Shown here: positions 8,341-19,200 of the stretch, one piece after another
Layout of the letters: each line of letters opens with the position of its first letter
Numbering within the stretch: the first letter of the stretch is position 1
The notes under the pieces: model-generated
Databases searched by the model: none
Told to the model about the DNA's origin: nothing
The model's input: only the letters and a program-made list of their open reading frames with translations
Translations under genes and position numbers: made by a program
Source of the DNA: a virus
Taxonomy: Duplodnaviria; Caudoviricetes
Strand: one strand, 5' to 3'
DNA: 40,122 nt
IMG/VR virus record: IMGVR_UViG_3300047294_000047
Coordinates: 1-40,122 of that record

Positions 8341-8696
8341 TGGCAACACGAAACTCACGTTTTTCAGCTATCCCCAACATCCCGCAAAGCGGGTTGACTG
8401 ACTCGCAGTCCAGCACAATTTCTGCGCTCAAAGAGAACGTCGAGTTGCTAATTGGGTCACGTGGTTCAGGCAATGCGACTCGTGCAATTCTTGGTGGGCA
8501 AGTAACTGTTGCTAACCCTGCGGTGCAAACAATGACTCGTATTACAGCCACGGGCGCGGGCTTTACGATAAGCGGGGTGACTGTGCCGAGTCTTGACGAT
8601 TACAGTAAACTCGCTGTTAATGTGCAACAACTTGCCAATGACGTAGCATCTTTACGGCAAACTGTAAACACGCTTATCAATCAACTGAAAGGATGA
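8340..8696 (+). CDS. Hypothetical virion protein
   Basis: Translationally coupled ORF in the structural module. C-terminal coiled coil. Confidence 0.55.
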   Translation: MATRNSRFSAIPNIPQSGLTDSQSSTISALKENVELLIGSRGSGNATRAILGGQVTVANPAVQTMTRITATGAGFTISGVTVPSLDDYSKLAVNVQQLANDVASLRQTVNTLINQLKG

Positions 8697-9511
8697 CTAT
8701 GCTTAATCCCCCTTCTACGACATCACTTGATTTGCCCCCAGCTTTGGCGAGCATTTTAAATATAGGCTCCACGACCCCAACTCCGCCGATGCCAGCGCCG
8801 CCACAAGTTACAGGGCTATCGTCCGGCATGACCAACATGGGTACTTTTGCGCCCTCGTATCAGCAGGGCGGCATGATTGGCATGGGTGGTATGCCTGAGC
8901 CTATGGGCGATATGTCGCAGCCAGCAAACGTAGGGGTAAACCCAAATGGCGCACAAGGCCCAATGTCGCCGCAAATGTTAGAAATGCAGATCAATCAGTT
9001 TGCTACCCAACGCCCGCAAGAGATGGCGCAGATTCGGCAAGTCATTATGCAGGAGCTTCAGAGCGGGGCACTGACGCAGCAGGAACTTAACACCATTGTC
9101 CAACTAGCAACTGTTGCTGCGCAGAACCCGGAGATGTATCCCTACGTTCGCAACTTTGCCATACAGCAGGGTATCACCACGGAGCAGGACTTGCCGCCGC
9201 AGTACGACCAAGGGCTTGTCTTTATTCTCCTACTGGCTGCACGTGCTGTGCAAGCGGACATGGGCGGACAAAACATGATGCAAGGTGGTAGCCCCGCAAT
9301 GGCAGGTGGCCCAGCAGTCTCGGCGGCGCAAGTCTCCAGCGGCGCTATCCCGTCGATGGCGCGGGGCGGTATGACCCCGGACTCAAGAAAAGCTGACGGC
9401 TCTGTACTAATCAACGCACATGAGGGAGAATACGTCATCCCTAAGCGCGTGGTCGAAATGAAAGGCAAAGAGTTTTTCGACACGCTTGTTGAGAAGTACA
9501 AGGAAGCCTAA
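8693..9511 (+). CDS. Putative internal virion protein (Q/M/P-rich)
   Basis: Low-complexity body. C-terminal 'MARGG...DGSVLINAHEGEYVIP..VV..KG..FF' motif typical of phage virion proteins. Confidence 0.6.
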   Translation: MTMLNPPSTTSLDLPPALASILNIGSTTPTPPMPAPPQVTGLSSGMTNMGTFAPSYQQGGMIGMGGMPEPMGDMSQPANVGVNPNGAQGPMSPQMLEMQINQFATQRPQEMAQIRQVIMQELQSGALTQQELNTIVQLATVAAQNPEMYPYVRNFAIQQGITTEQDLPPQYDQGLVFILLLAARAVQADMGGQNMMQGGSPAMAGGPAVSAAQVSSGAIPSMARGGMTPDSRKADGSVLINAHEGEYVIPKRVVEMKGKEFFDTLVEKYKEA

Positions 9512-9957
9512 TGTCTACGATGTCTATCGAGATGCTAACGCCGGGGCGGGTCACTGAGTTGTGGCCTGTTCTGGAACCGTATTTTGAAGCAGCATGTAAC
9601 GGTAATGAAATCGCTAAGGATGAGCTTGACGCAAAGGACATCTACGTTCTTGCCCTCACTGGACTTGTAGCAGTCTTCGTTGGCTTTGAAGACGGTGAGC
9701 CAGCGTGTGTCATGGGCATTCAGTTCAACGTCACCAATGGTAGGAAGGGCGCGGATGTGATGGCGCTTGCGGGGCACGGGCTGATGCGGTTTAAGGCAGC
9801 GTACTGGCACGTTATTCTTAAGTGGCTGCGTGCTAACGACATAGAGTTTCTTGACGCCTACGCACCTGAGCGTTTGGCAAAAATATACATTCACCGGTTT
9901 GGGTTTAACAAATCATGTTCATACGTCCGCATGACGTTACAGGAGACTGAAAAATGA
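9511..9957 (+). CDS. GNAT-like fold protein (internal virion protein A-like position)
   Basis: 148 aa alpha/beta protein ending 'YIHRFGF', immediately before the ejection genes. Confidence 0.45.
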   Translation: MSTMSIEMLTPGRVTELWPVLEPYFEAACNGNEIAKDELDAKDIYVLALTGLVAVFVGFEDGEPACVMGIQFNVTNGRKGADVMALAGHGLMRFKAAYWHVILKWLRANDIEFLDAYAPERLAKIYIHRFGFNKSCSYVRMTLQETEK

Positions 9958-11063
9958 GTAAGGCCGTAAAGACCATTGTTTCGATTGCAGTTGCAGTCGC
10001 GATCCCGTTTGTTGCCCCGGCAATCTCTGCGTCTCTTGGCTTGTCTACTGCCATTGGCGCAACGGCTGGTTCTGCTGTTGTTGGCGCAGGACTCGGCGCT
10101 GCAAACGCCGCTGCAACCGGAGGCAATATCGGGCGAGGGGCGTTAATGGGGGGTATTGGCGGGGGTGTAGCTGGATACAACTATGTGCCCGCTGCGCCCG
10201 CAGGGCTAAGTAGTGCACCAGTAGATACAGGGGCATTAGCAGCAGCAAATGCTACGGCTGACCCAATAGCCACGCTCAACTACACCCAAGGATTTACCAC
10301 TGTTGACCCAACATACGCACAGGTAGGTCTTGCGGCTGCTGCACCTGCGGACGTTGCCAACGCAGCTGCCTTGGCTAATAGAGCCGCAGACTTTGGTACT
10401 CCCGCGCAAATGGATGCTGCTGCTGCCGCTGCACCAAAGAAAACTTTTGCTGAGGCTGTTAAAGCAGTTCCCGGTGCTATTGCAGATAAATATAAAGACC
10501 CCAAGGCATTGGCTGATATGACGCTTCGCGCCGCTGGTGCTATTGCGGGTTCCCTTGTCGCAGGCGAGGGCATGTCTGACCAAGAAAAACAATTGCTTCA
10601 AGCACAGACTGACGAGCTACGTGCGCTACAACAAAGTAACAAGGCGCTGTTCGATCAGAGGCTCCAGGGAGCGCAAGACCTTATCGGTGAGTCTAAATAT
10701 TTTGACCCCGAGTACTTCGGTTTGCAACGTGCCCGCCGTGCGCAACTTGCTGGCGCTAAAGCTAAACAAGCAGGCTTGCGCGGTCTTACGGGTAGTCGCC
10801 GCGAGTCTGAGGAACGCCGTCTTGATCTGGCGACAGGCCGGGATACAGGCACTGCATTTGACCAAGGGTTTATGAGCGGTGTTAGCGGTCGTATGCAGAC
10901 TAGGCAGGCTGGTCTAAGCGCGCTGCCAGCGTACCCATCCGCAGACTCTGGGTTCGCAAACTTGCGTACTGCGTACGAGGCAGCAGATAAACGTAGGCGC
11001 TCCGCGCAATCAGATTTTGCTAAACTGTACGGCTCCTTTACCGGCGTTTCAACTGCTACATGA
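9954..11063 (+). CDS. DNA ejection / internal virion protein
   Basis: Ala/Gly-rich hydrophobic N-terminus with a glycine-zipper-like pattern, followed by a helical C-terminus. Confidence 0.65.
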   Translation: MSKAVKTIVSIAVAVAIPFVAPAISASLGLSTAIGATAGSAVVGAGLGAANAAATGGNIGRGALMGGIGGGVAGYNYVPAAPAGLSSAPVDTGALAAANATADPIATLNYTQGFTTVDPTYAQVGLAAAAPADVANAAALANRAADFGTPAQMDAAAAAAPKKTFAEAVKAVPGAIADKYKDPKALADMTLRAAGAIAGSLVAGEGMSDQEKQLLQAQTDELRALQQSNKALFDQRLQGAQDLIGESKYFDPEYFGLQRARRAQLAGAKAKQAGLRGLTGSRRESEERRLDLATGRDTGTAFDQGFMSGVSGRMQTRQAGLSALPAYPSADSGFANLRTAYEAADKRRRSAQSDFAKLYGSFTGVSTAT

Positions 11064-11075
11064 TAAGGGGTCTGT

Positions 11076-13247
11076 ATGAATCTCGGACAATTTCTTAGTG
11101 GCGCTGGCGTTGTCAGTGAAGGCATTCGGCAGACAGAAGAAGCTGAACGTGTCGCTCGCGAGAATCAATTAAAGATTGAGGAGCAGAATCGTTTTGCTGC
11201 GTTCAAAGCCAAGATGGCACAAGATGCTGCCAGACAAAGGCCGCAGATGTCGGCCCCTCAGTTCCCACAAAATATAGACCCTACTTTATTTAATCAGTCA
11301 CAGCAATTTCCAGTAGACGTTGTACCTGCTCCTGCTCCTGCTCCTGCCGCTGCGCCCGCGCCCGCGCCCTCTTTGCGGCTCGGCGGCCCTGCGGACCTGC
11401 CGGAAATTCAAGTTAATCGACAACCGCCGTTTGGGCAGGAGGTGCCAAGCCCGACGGGTAATGAGCGAGCGTTTAAGAGCGCGCAAGAACTTGTTCGGAT
11501 GCGTGAGATGCGGGTTGCCGATGTTCAGCGCGGTCTTGAATCTGCTACCCGCGCTAACGTACCGCCCCGCATGGTGGCAAATCAACGAGAACTATTGGCT
11601 CGTGAGCAAAAGCTTCTAGAGGATGCTCGGCGAGGTCTAGCTTCGGTGGCCCCAACAACACCTTTTGGCATCGAAGGTCGTGGTCGTACAGCACCGCCCC
11701 CGGAGTTTGCTAGCCTGTATGCCGCAGTTGAGCGTGTTGAGAGCGGTGGTCGGGAGGATGCTGTTAGCCCCAAGGGTGCCCGTGGCCCTATGCAGACAAT
11801 GCCTACGACGCTTGTTAATCCGGGCTTCGGTGTGGTTCCAGCAAAAGACAATAGCCCAGCGGAAATGCGTCGTGTCGGGCAAGACTATCTTGCGGCAATG
11901 TTGCGTAAGTATGAAGGTAACCTCGATTTTGCGTTGGCTGCATACAACTGGGGGCCGGGTAACACTGACAAGTGGATTGCCAAGGGTGCCGACATGGCAA
12001 AACTACCCAAGGAAACCCGCGAGTACATCCCCAAAGTAAAACTAGCGTTAGGACAGATTCCAGCCCCTACGGCTACTGTCGCTGCTCCTGCCGCCGCTGC
12101 TGCTCCTGCCGCTGCCGCTCCTACCGCTACCGCTACCGCTCCTGCTACCGCTCCTGCTACCGCTCCTGCTACCGCTCCTGCTACCGCTGCTGCGCCTACT
12201 CTGTTTGGACGACAGATGACTGCGGCAGAACTTGGCCCTGTGCCGACTAGTCCAGATAACAACATTCTAGGTGGTCTAGAAATCGGCCCATTTGCGTTGG
12301 CAGAGGCCGGTGCTCCTGCCGCTGCCGCTCCCGCTCCCGCTCCCGCTCCCGCCGCTGTGGTACGCACGAATGCAGACTTTTATCTTGCTAACCCGCAGTC
12401 TATTCCGTATGAGTACCAGCAGTTAACACGGGCGTATCAGCAAGTAGCATCACAGGCTCAGGAGCAAGCAAACCTTGTAACCCAGCAGCGTAATGAGACG
12501 GCGCGTCTTGCACAAATGTATATGCAGAGTGGGACAACCACTGGCATTGATACTGCTATGAAGATGCGCGATGTGATAAACAACTACGACATCGAGTTGC
12601 TTAAACTTAAACAGGGTGTTAGCAATGAGCAGCTAAAAGTTACGCAGGGGCGCGTGTATCTTGAGGGTATGCAGGGACTCCAAGACCTTGCTCTTGGTAA
12701 CGACCCACGTCGCCTTGCCTCAGTGTGGTCACAGTATGCAGGTGTACCTATCGGTATCCAACCGCGCTCAGACGGTACGTTTAACATTTTTGTCAACGGT
12801 AAAAAGACTAAGGAAGGGGTGACCCCTGCTGAACTAAGCAACAACGCACGACTGGCGTTTGATCAAACTTACCGCCAGCAACAAGCTGCTGCGGGCGCAG
12901 AGATGAACAAGTTCATGTCGCAAGAGCGGTATAAGTCTATGCTCACTATCCAGCAGGGTAATGCCTCTGAGTTGGCTAAGATGATCAGAGAAATTGCAGT
13001 AGAGAATACAAAGGGCAATAACGCGCAAGCCTTGGAATGGGCAAAGGCTAACTTCAGTTGGGACATTAAGCCTACAGGAGCCGGAGACGGCACTATCATC
13101 ATACGACCGCCTAACAGCGCGCCGTACATATACAACCCATCAGGTAAAACAATTGAGATAGACGGCGTTAAAATACAGTCAAATTCCGCACAGTTGATCA
13201 GCGGCTTGCCTATTCCGACACAACAAAGACTCAATGCAGTGAGGTAA
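11076..13247 (+). CDS. Internal virion protein with lytic transglycosylase (SLT) domain
   Basis: VESGG...SPKGARGPMQTMP...ALAAYNWGPG motifs, flanked by Ala/Pro linkers. Confidence 0.88.
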   Translation: MNLGQFLSGAGVVSEGIRQTEEAERVARENQLKIEEQNRFAAFKAKMAQDAARQRPQMSAPQFPQNIDPTLFNQSQQFPVDVVPAPAPAPAAAPAPAPSLRLGGPADLPEIQVNRQPPFGQEVPSPTGNERAFKSAQELVRMREMRVADVQRGLESATRANVPPRMVANQRELLAREQKLLEDARRGLASVAPTTPFGIEGRGRTAPPPEFASLYAAVERVESGGREDAVSPKGARGPMQTMPTTLVNPGFGVVPAKDNSPAEMRRVGQDYLAAMLRKYEGNLDFALAAYNWGPGNTDKWIAKGADMAKLPKETREYIPKVKLALGQIPAPTATVAAPAAAAAPAAAAPTATATAPATAPATAPATAPATAAAPTLFGRQMTAAELGPVPTSPDNNILGGLEIGPFALAEAGAPAAAAPAPAPAPAAVVRTNADFYLANPQSIPYEYQQLTRAYQQVASQAQEQANLVTQQRNETARLAQMYMQSGTTTGIDTAMKMRDVINNYDIELLKLKQGVSNEQLKVTQGRVYLEGMQGLQDLALGNDPRRLASVWSQYAGVPIGIQPRSDGTFNIFVNGKKTKEGVTPAELSNNARLAFDQTYRQQQAAAGAEMNKFMSQERYKSMLTIQQGNASELAKMIREIAVENTKGNNAQALEWAKANFSWDIKPTGAGDGTIIIRPPNSAPYIYNPSGKTIEIDGVKIQSNSAQLISGLPIPTQQRLNAVR
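12138..12185 (+). repeat. Perfect 12-bp tandem repeat (GCTCCTGCTACC)x4 encoding APAT
   Basis: Read directly. Embedded in a wider Ala/Pro/Thr low-complexity tract at about 12060-12360. Confidence 0.9.
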
Positions 13248-13251
13248 TTTA

Positions 13252-16200
13252 ATGGCAACAGCAGGACTCTCCTTTGCAAACCCCATGCTTGAACGTATGG
13301 GTGTAGGTGAAGAACCAAACCCATATGTGCCATACAGCCCAACGTCAGATATTGGGATGGGTGGCCTTGCTCCGTCTGCTGTGGACATGGCTGTTATGGG
13401 ACGGGCGTTAGTTAAGCAAAGCCAGTTCACCATGCCGGAGATGCGGCAACCCCCGTCTATTGCATTTAGTCCGTCATCCAAACAGTTGTTTGTCAATGGT
13501 CTGACGTTTGCTGCCGACGATGCAGCTACTGCATTGCAGTCCGAGTCTTATCTACGCGGCCCCGGTACGGGTTTACCTCTAGGCGGCGACTGGGTTTCAC
13601 TTGATGAGCAGGCTTATGGGCAGTTTCTTAATTCAATTAAGAACCCCAGCATGGGGCGACTTGCGTCTAAATCTTTTGGGCGTGGTGTTGACTCTATGCA
13701 GATGCTGGCAGGCCGTGGCTTGCAGTTGGCTGGCGCGGAAGAGACAGGACAGCGTATTGTTGAGCAACAAGCCGAAGACTTACGCAAGACCAGCCCTTTT
13801 GAGCGGCAGTTCACAGACATTGGTTCTGCTCCCAACCGTGGTGTTGTTGACTGGTTTGTTGCCAACTTTGCCCAGCAAGGGCCAAACTTAATTGAGTCCA
13901 TTGCCACTGCGGGCGTAGGTTTCCTTGCGGGCACAGCCGTTGGTGGCCCCGCTGCTGGTGCAACTGCTGCGTTTGCTGGCCTCCTAGGTAAATCCGCGTT
14001 CAAAGAATCCATCAAGGCTGCTGCGCAGAAGAAAATTGCGGGTGGAGTTTTGAACGCCGCAGAGAACAAACTACTGCGTGAAGCTGCTGGATTAGCCGGT
14101 GCTGTTGCTGCATCCTACGCTCAAAATCTTTCCACTGGCGCTGCTGATATTTACGGGGAATTGCGTGAGCAAGGTGCTGATGCCAGTGACACGGATGCTC
14201 GCCTCAAAGCATTGGCCGGTAGCATACCTTATGCGGCATTCGAGACGCTACCTGAGTTTTTGTTAGCTGCACGCTTGTTCGGGGGCGGTGGTCGCGCTGC
14301 GCTGCCCGCAGGTGCCAGCCGCACGGCTCGTGCCGGAGAGTTACTCAAGCGGGGTGCGATAGGTTTTGGGGTTGGCGGTACTGCTGAGGGTTTGACTGAA
14401 GCTGGGCAAGAAGGTTTGCTTCTTGGTATCTCCGACCAAGACTTGAGTTCTCCTGAGAGCGTCAATCGCCTCATTAACTCGTTTGCTGCTGGCTTTGGAG
14501 TGGGCGGCCCCATCGGTGCTGTTGCCAACCTAAAGGGCCAACAAGCTGCTAACTTACTAAACCCTGCCCAGAACCCGGAGCAAACTCCCGGTACAGGCTT
14601 AGCAGTCATACCATCTACACCCCCTGCACCTCCCGCGCCCACAGGCACAGCCGTGGCTCCGTTCTTTACTCCGGTCACTCCGTTAGGGGCTACACCTCCA
14701 CCCCCTTCTGGGTTAGGTGGGCCAAGTCCTACTACGCCGCAACTCCCCGGCCCTACTCCTCCTGTCTCCCCAGTGGGTGGGCCAGTCATCATGGCTGGCA
14801 TGGGGCCAAACGCTGCGGATGTCACCCGGCAAGATATTCTGCTGCGGCAGCAGGGTAACGTCCCACCCGGTGCGGCCCCCGGTTCTCAGGGTGTGCTTGA
14901 CATCTTCGGCGGCACTATCCCTGCCCAAGAACTGGCTGCACGGATGCAGCCGCAGCAACCGCTTCCCGGACTGCCTGCCCCATCACCTGCTGCACAACCC
15001 GATCCCCGGCAAGGTGCGCTCCAGTTCTCTGGCCCTACACCTATTGCCCCTGCTAATACGCAGATGGCAAACCAGTTGCAGACTATCCAAGACAGAGTGC
15101 GTAGACAGCGTGAGTTCGAGGCTGCGCAGGCCCAACAGGCTGCACTCATCCAGCAACAAACTGACGAGCTTGCACGACAAAGCGCGAACGCCCGTGACCT
15201 GTATACGGTGCAGCAGGGGCAGACCCCCATTCCATTCCCATCCCTGCCCATGCGGCAGACGGGTCCAACGCAACCACAGCAGTTGCCGCTGTTTACCCGC
15301 AGGCAAGCACCAGTGCCCAGTCGTGCAGAAGGCTTGCGCCGTGGCGTAGGTACGGGTTTACCCGCAAACCAAACTGAAACCCCGCTTACTTCTGCGCAAC
15401 GCCGTGCGCAAGTTCCTTTGTTTACCCAAGAGGGTAAGCCTTCAGTGGCGGCACTTAAATCTGCCGGTCGCAAAGAGCGGGTCGAGGCTGTGCCGGATAC
15501 AACATCTAAGCAGGCACCGCCTACGGGTAAACCCGTAACTCCTGCGTCAGTTGAAGCGGCTAAAGGTAAAGCGCTTAGACAACGTGGGTCAGGGACTATT
15601 AACTTTGACAACGGCGATAGCTACACAGGCCAATTAAAGAACGGCGCTCCTAATGGGCAAGGCACGTACACATATGCTGACGGCAGTGTCTACACAGGCA
15701 GTTTTAAAGACAGTGTTTTTGACGGGCAGGGTAGATTTGTAGACGCCAGTGGCACTACCTTCGAGGGCGAATTCGACAACGGAGATTTTTTACAACCTGA
15801 GGAGACACCAAGTGCCGTTCAAAAGCCAAGCGCAAAGGGCGTGGATGTACAAAAATCAACCGGAACTGGCAAAGGAGTTCGAGGCGAAGACCAAGCCGGG
15901 GGCAAAGTTGCCGGAAAAGGCGAAGCCCTCAAAGCCAAAACCAAAGAGCAAGAACCCGCTGTACCGACTGTAAAAAAGACGCTGAAGAAAGAGGCACCCA
16001 CTCCCCCAAAAGCCGTGGCGGCACCAGCCGCCGCCCTGACCGAAACCCCCGCTGAAACATGGGGCGCAATGGATACAGGGGTGGCATGGGCTGACCTTTC
16101 CGCTGAATTACAAACTCGTTGGACAAACAGCGACCGCAGACAAACCACTGCCGACACTATTGCGGAAGATCAGCGTAACCCGCAGACGCCGGAGGCGCTG

Positions 16201-19200
16201 TGGGAAGACATGAAGCCGGAGGGGGCACCCGCATATAACGATCTGTTGCCGCGCACTCGCACTCAGTGGAGACAGGATGTAGCCAGCAACAAAGCTACCA
16301 TCCCCCGAGCCGAAGAGTTGGCAAGCGATGACAGTGACGAGACGCGCAGGGCCACCGCGCAGGCTCCGGCTGACATGCTTTCTGAGGCTATCGCAACAGC
16401 CGAAACAACTTCTGACTTTGCTGAGTTTCGTGGTGCTATCCGGGTAGTTGTTAATTACGCCTTCTTTACCGGCGAAGAAACAAACACTAAAAAGTTTGTA
16501 GATCAAGCACGTGCGTTTATCGCCAACACCCAATTCGCTGACGCGCAAATGCTGGAAATGGACGGAGCGTACTTAGATGCAGTGCAGCTTGTACCTAAAT
16601 TAGAAGCTAGGTATAGAGAGACTACCAAAAACCACCAAAAAGACGAACTTAAACCTTGGTTTGCCTATGCGATAAGCCGCAATCTACTACCAAGTATTAC
16701 AGCAAAGATTACTAATCTCCCTGCTGTTTACAAAACCCAGCAATCTCCGGTCAGCGGCAAGATCGCCACATCAAAGCCAGTGGAAACATCGGCTGAGAAG
16801 ATCACGACCGCCCCGCAGGCTTTGTTGGGCGTTCTTATCGACGACCTAGTTACCCAAGCGCGTTCGGTAACAAATCTAAACCAGCAAGTCAAGATCGCAG
16901 GCATTGACTACGCTAGCATCGTCGAAGCAGCAAAAGCTTTGTACGCTGCGGTAGATGCGCAAGGGCGCAAGTACATTGTCCGTGGGTACCCATTGAGCGA
17001 CTATTTCACTGACAAGGGCGAACCCAAGATGCTCAAGTCGGGCGGACGTTTTCTTATTACTAACAAGGCAATGACCACTGCCGAGCAGCGCAAATTAGAG
17101 CAGGAACAAAAAGCTGCGGCCAAATCTTTAGCTGAAGAAACTAAAGCTAAATTTTTAGAAGACACAGACCTCGATGCTCGCCTAGGCGGCGGCTCAATGG
17201 ACGTTGAGAATAACTGGGACAGCCCTGATGGTATGTTCTACCGTGATGACGGCACGGCTGCTGCGTCTACCATGCCTGTCGGGCGCATCCGGCTGCTGGT
17301 CAACAGCTTCCTATCCAAGTTGCGCATAAAGCCCAACACGTTTATCTATGCCAACGTGGCAGACCTCAAAGCTCGCAACCCATCGTTGTTTGCCCGTGCT
17401 GCTGCCGCTCGCAAGCAAGGTGACTTTGAGACAACCAATGCGGTTGGCTATTCGTTCGGCCCCAACGTCATCATCTTTACGGACTTTGTTCGCACCGAGC
17501 AGCAACTCAAATTTGTGCTGGCGCACGAGACACTCGGGCACTTTGGTTTCAAAGGCGTGATACCCAAGGCGCAACTCGATGCAATACTCAACCGCATCTA
17601 TGACATCGACCCCACTGTTCAGGCTGGCGTGGATGCCATGCTTGCTGCCAACGAGGGCATGTCTAAGCTAGAAGCTGTTGAGGAATTCTTGGCTGACAAC
17701 GCTGCCGATTTGGATACGTCGATCATTGCCCGCATCTGGAATGTCCTGAAGAACTTCCTGAACAAGTTAGGCTTTGAGTTCCGCGATGACGAGGCCCGCT
17801 ATTTTGTCAACCAAGCGCGTAAGTATGTGCGCCGTGGCGACACCGGGAACTTTGTAAGCGCGAGCGCCATTGCCGCAGACATGCAGCAACTTGACCAAGA
17901 TCGTAATGACGGACGCTACGCTCGCTATGCTGCTGGTGATCTGGCCTCCAAAGCTTTTGCGATGGGCGGTCTAAACAAACCGTACAGCGCCGCAGGTGGG
18001 TTGATGGGTGCAGCCGAGGCGTTCTATAAAAATGTATTTGGGCAGCGGCGTAACGTCGCAGGCACAACGGCAATTCTCCTTGAACAACTTCAAACGCTCG
18101 ACAACAAAGCTCGTCGCAGCTACGGCTTAAACCAGCTTTATCGTATCCTCGAAAAACAGCAGACTTATGCACGTTCGCTGCTGTCTGGGTATCAGCGGAT
18201 GACGGCGTTCACTCACTCGGCTGACTTCGAGTTTTTTGGCGGAAAAGAAGGAGCGTCTGAGAAGGACAAGGCGCAAGCTGGCGAGTTGCTGTCGCGTGCT
18301 GCACTGTTGCGTTCGCAACAAGCCACCGATGAACTCATCAAGAAGTACCCCAGTCTGGTCATCATTGACTCGATGGGCAATGTCCGGGTTGACCCGGCAG
18401 TCCGACAAGAACTTGAGAAAGCTGGCTTTGTTACCGCTGAGGAATTCCGTAAAGGCTTTGACATTACCTACTCTGACGGTGGAAAAGTACGCTTTCAGTT
18501 TGACGTTGACGAAACCAGCCCTGCATGGAAGGTCTACCTTGAGTTGCGCGAGACAGTCAACGAAGCTGCCGTTGACCTAATGATGGCAAACTACGAAGCC
18601 GCGCAGTCCGAAGGCAAGCGTGTCATCAGCGACCTGAATGCCAAACGGCGCGGCACCAACGTGTTCACACAAGATGATCTGGCCGCAATCCGGCGTGCTG
18701 CTGCGATGTACCAAAACATGCGGTACGAAGGCAGTGACGTTGTAAGCGCTGGTGTAGAAATTAAAAAGAAAGCTGCCAAGGAGTCGGAAGAATTTGTTAT
18801 AGCGTTTGGTCGTGCGTTGTTTAACGACGATGTGTATGCCGTATGGATGAAAGACCCCAGCGCCAAACCTGAGATTGCTAAAGACCTCGCTGAATTCCAG
18901 AAGGCAGAATACGACGACTTGCGTGCCGCGTTGCCGAGCCTACGCGAGAAAGTCAAGACAGACAGCCAATCGTTCGTGGTGCAGAAGGCAATCCGTGACC
19001 TCTTTTTGTTTGACCTCCAATCTAAAAACGCCGACTACTACGCCAAGCGGACGATCCTCGGTTCCTACGTGCCGTTCAGTCGCCGTGGTTCTCAGCAAGT
19101 CAAGCTTGTAGCAGTAGACAGCAAGGGTAACCCTGTTACGCTAGATGAAAATGTACGCTCGACGCTGCCTTACTTTCAATTTAACAGCCGCGACGAAGCC

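Noticed and set aside
11972-12250. Cys-rich ORF (RSCYRSCY...)
   Set aside because: It is an off-frame reading of the APAT tandem repeat in the SLT gene.
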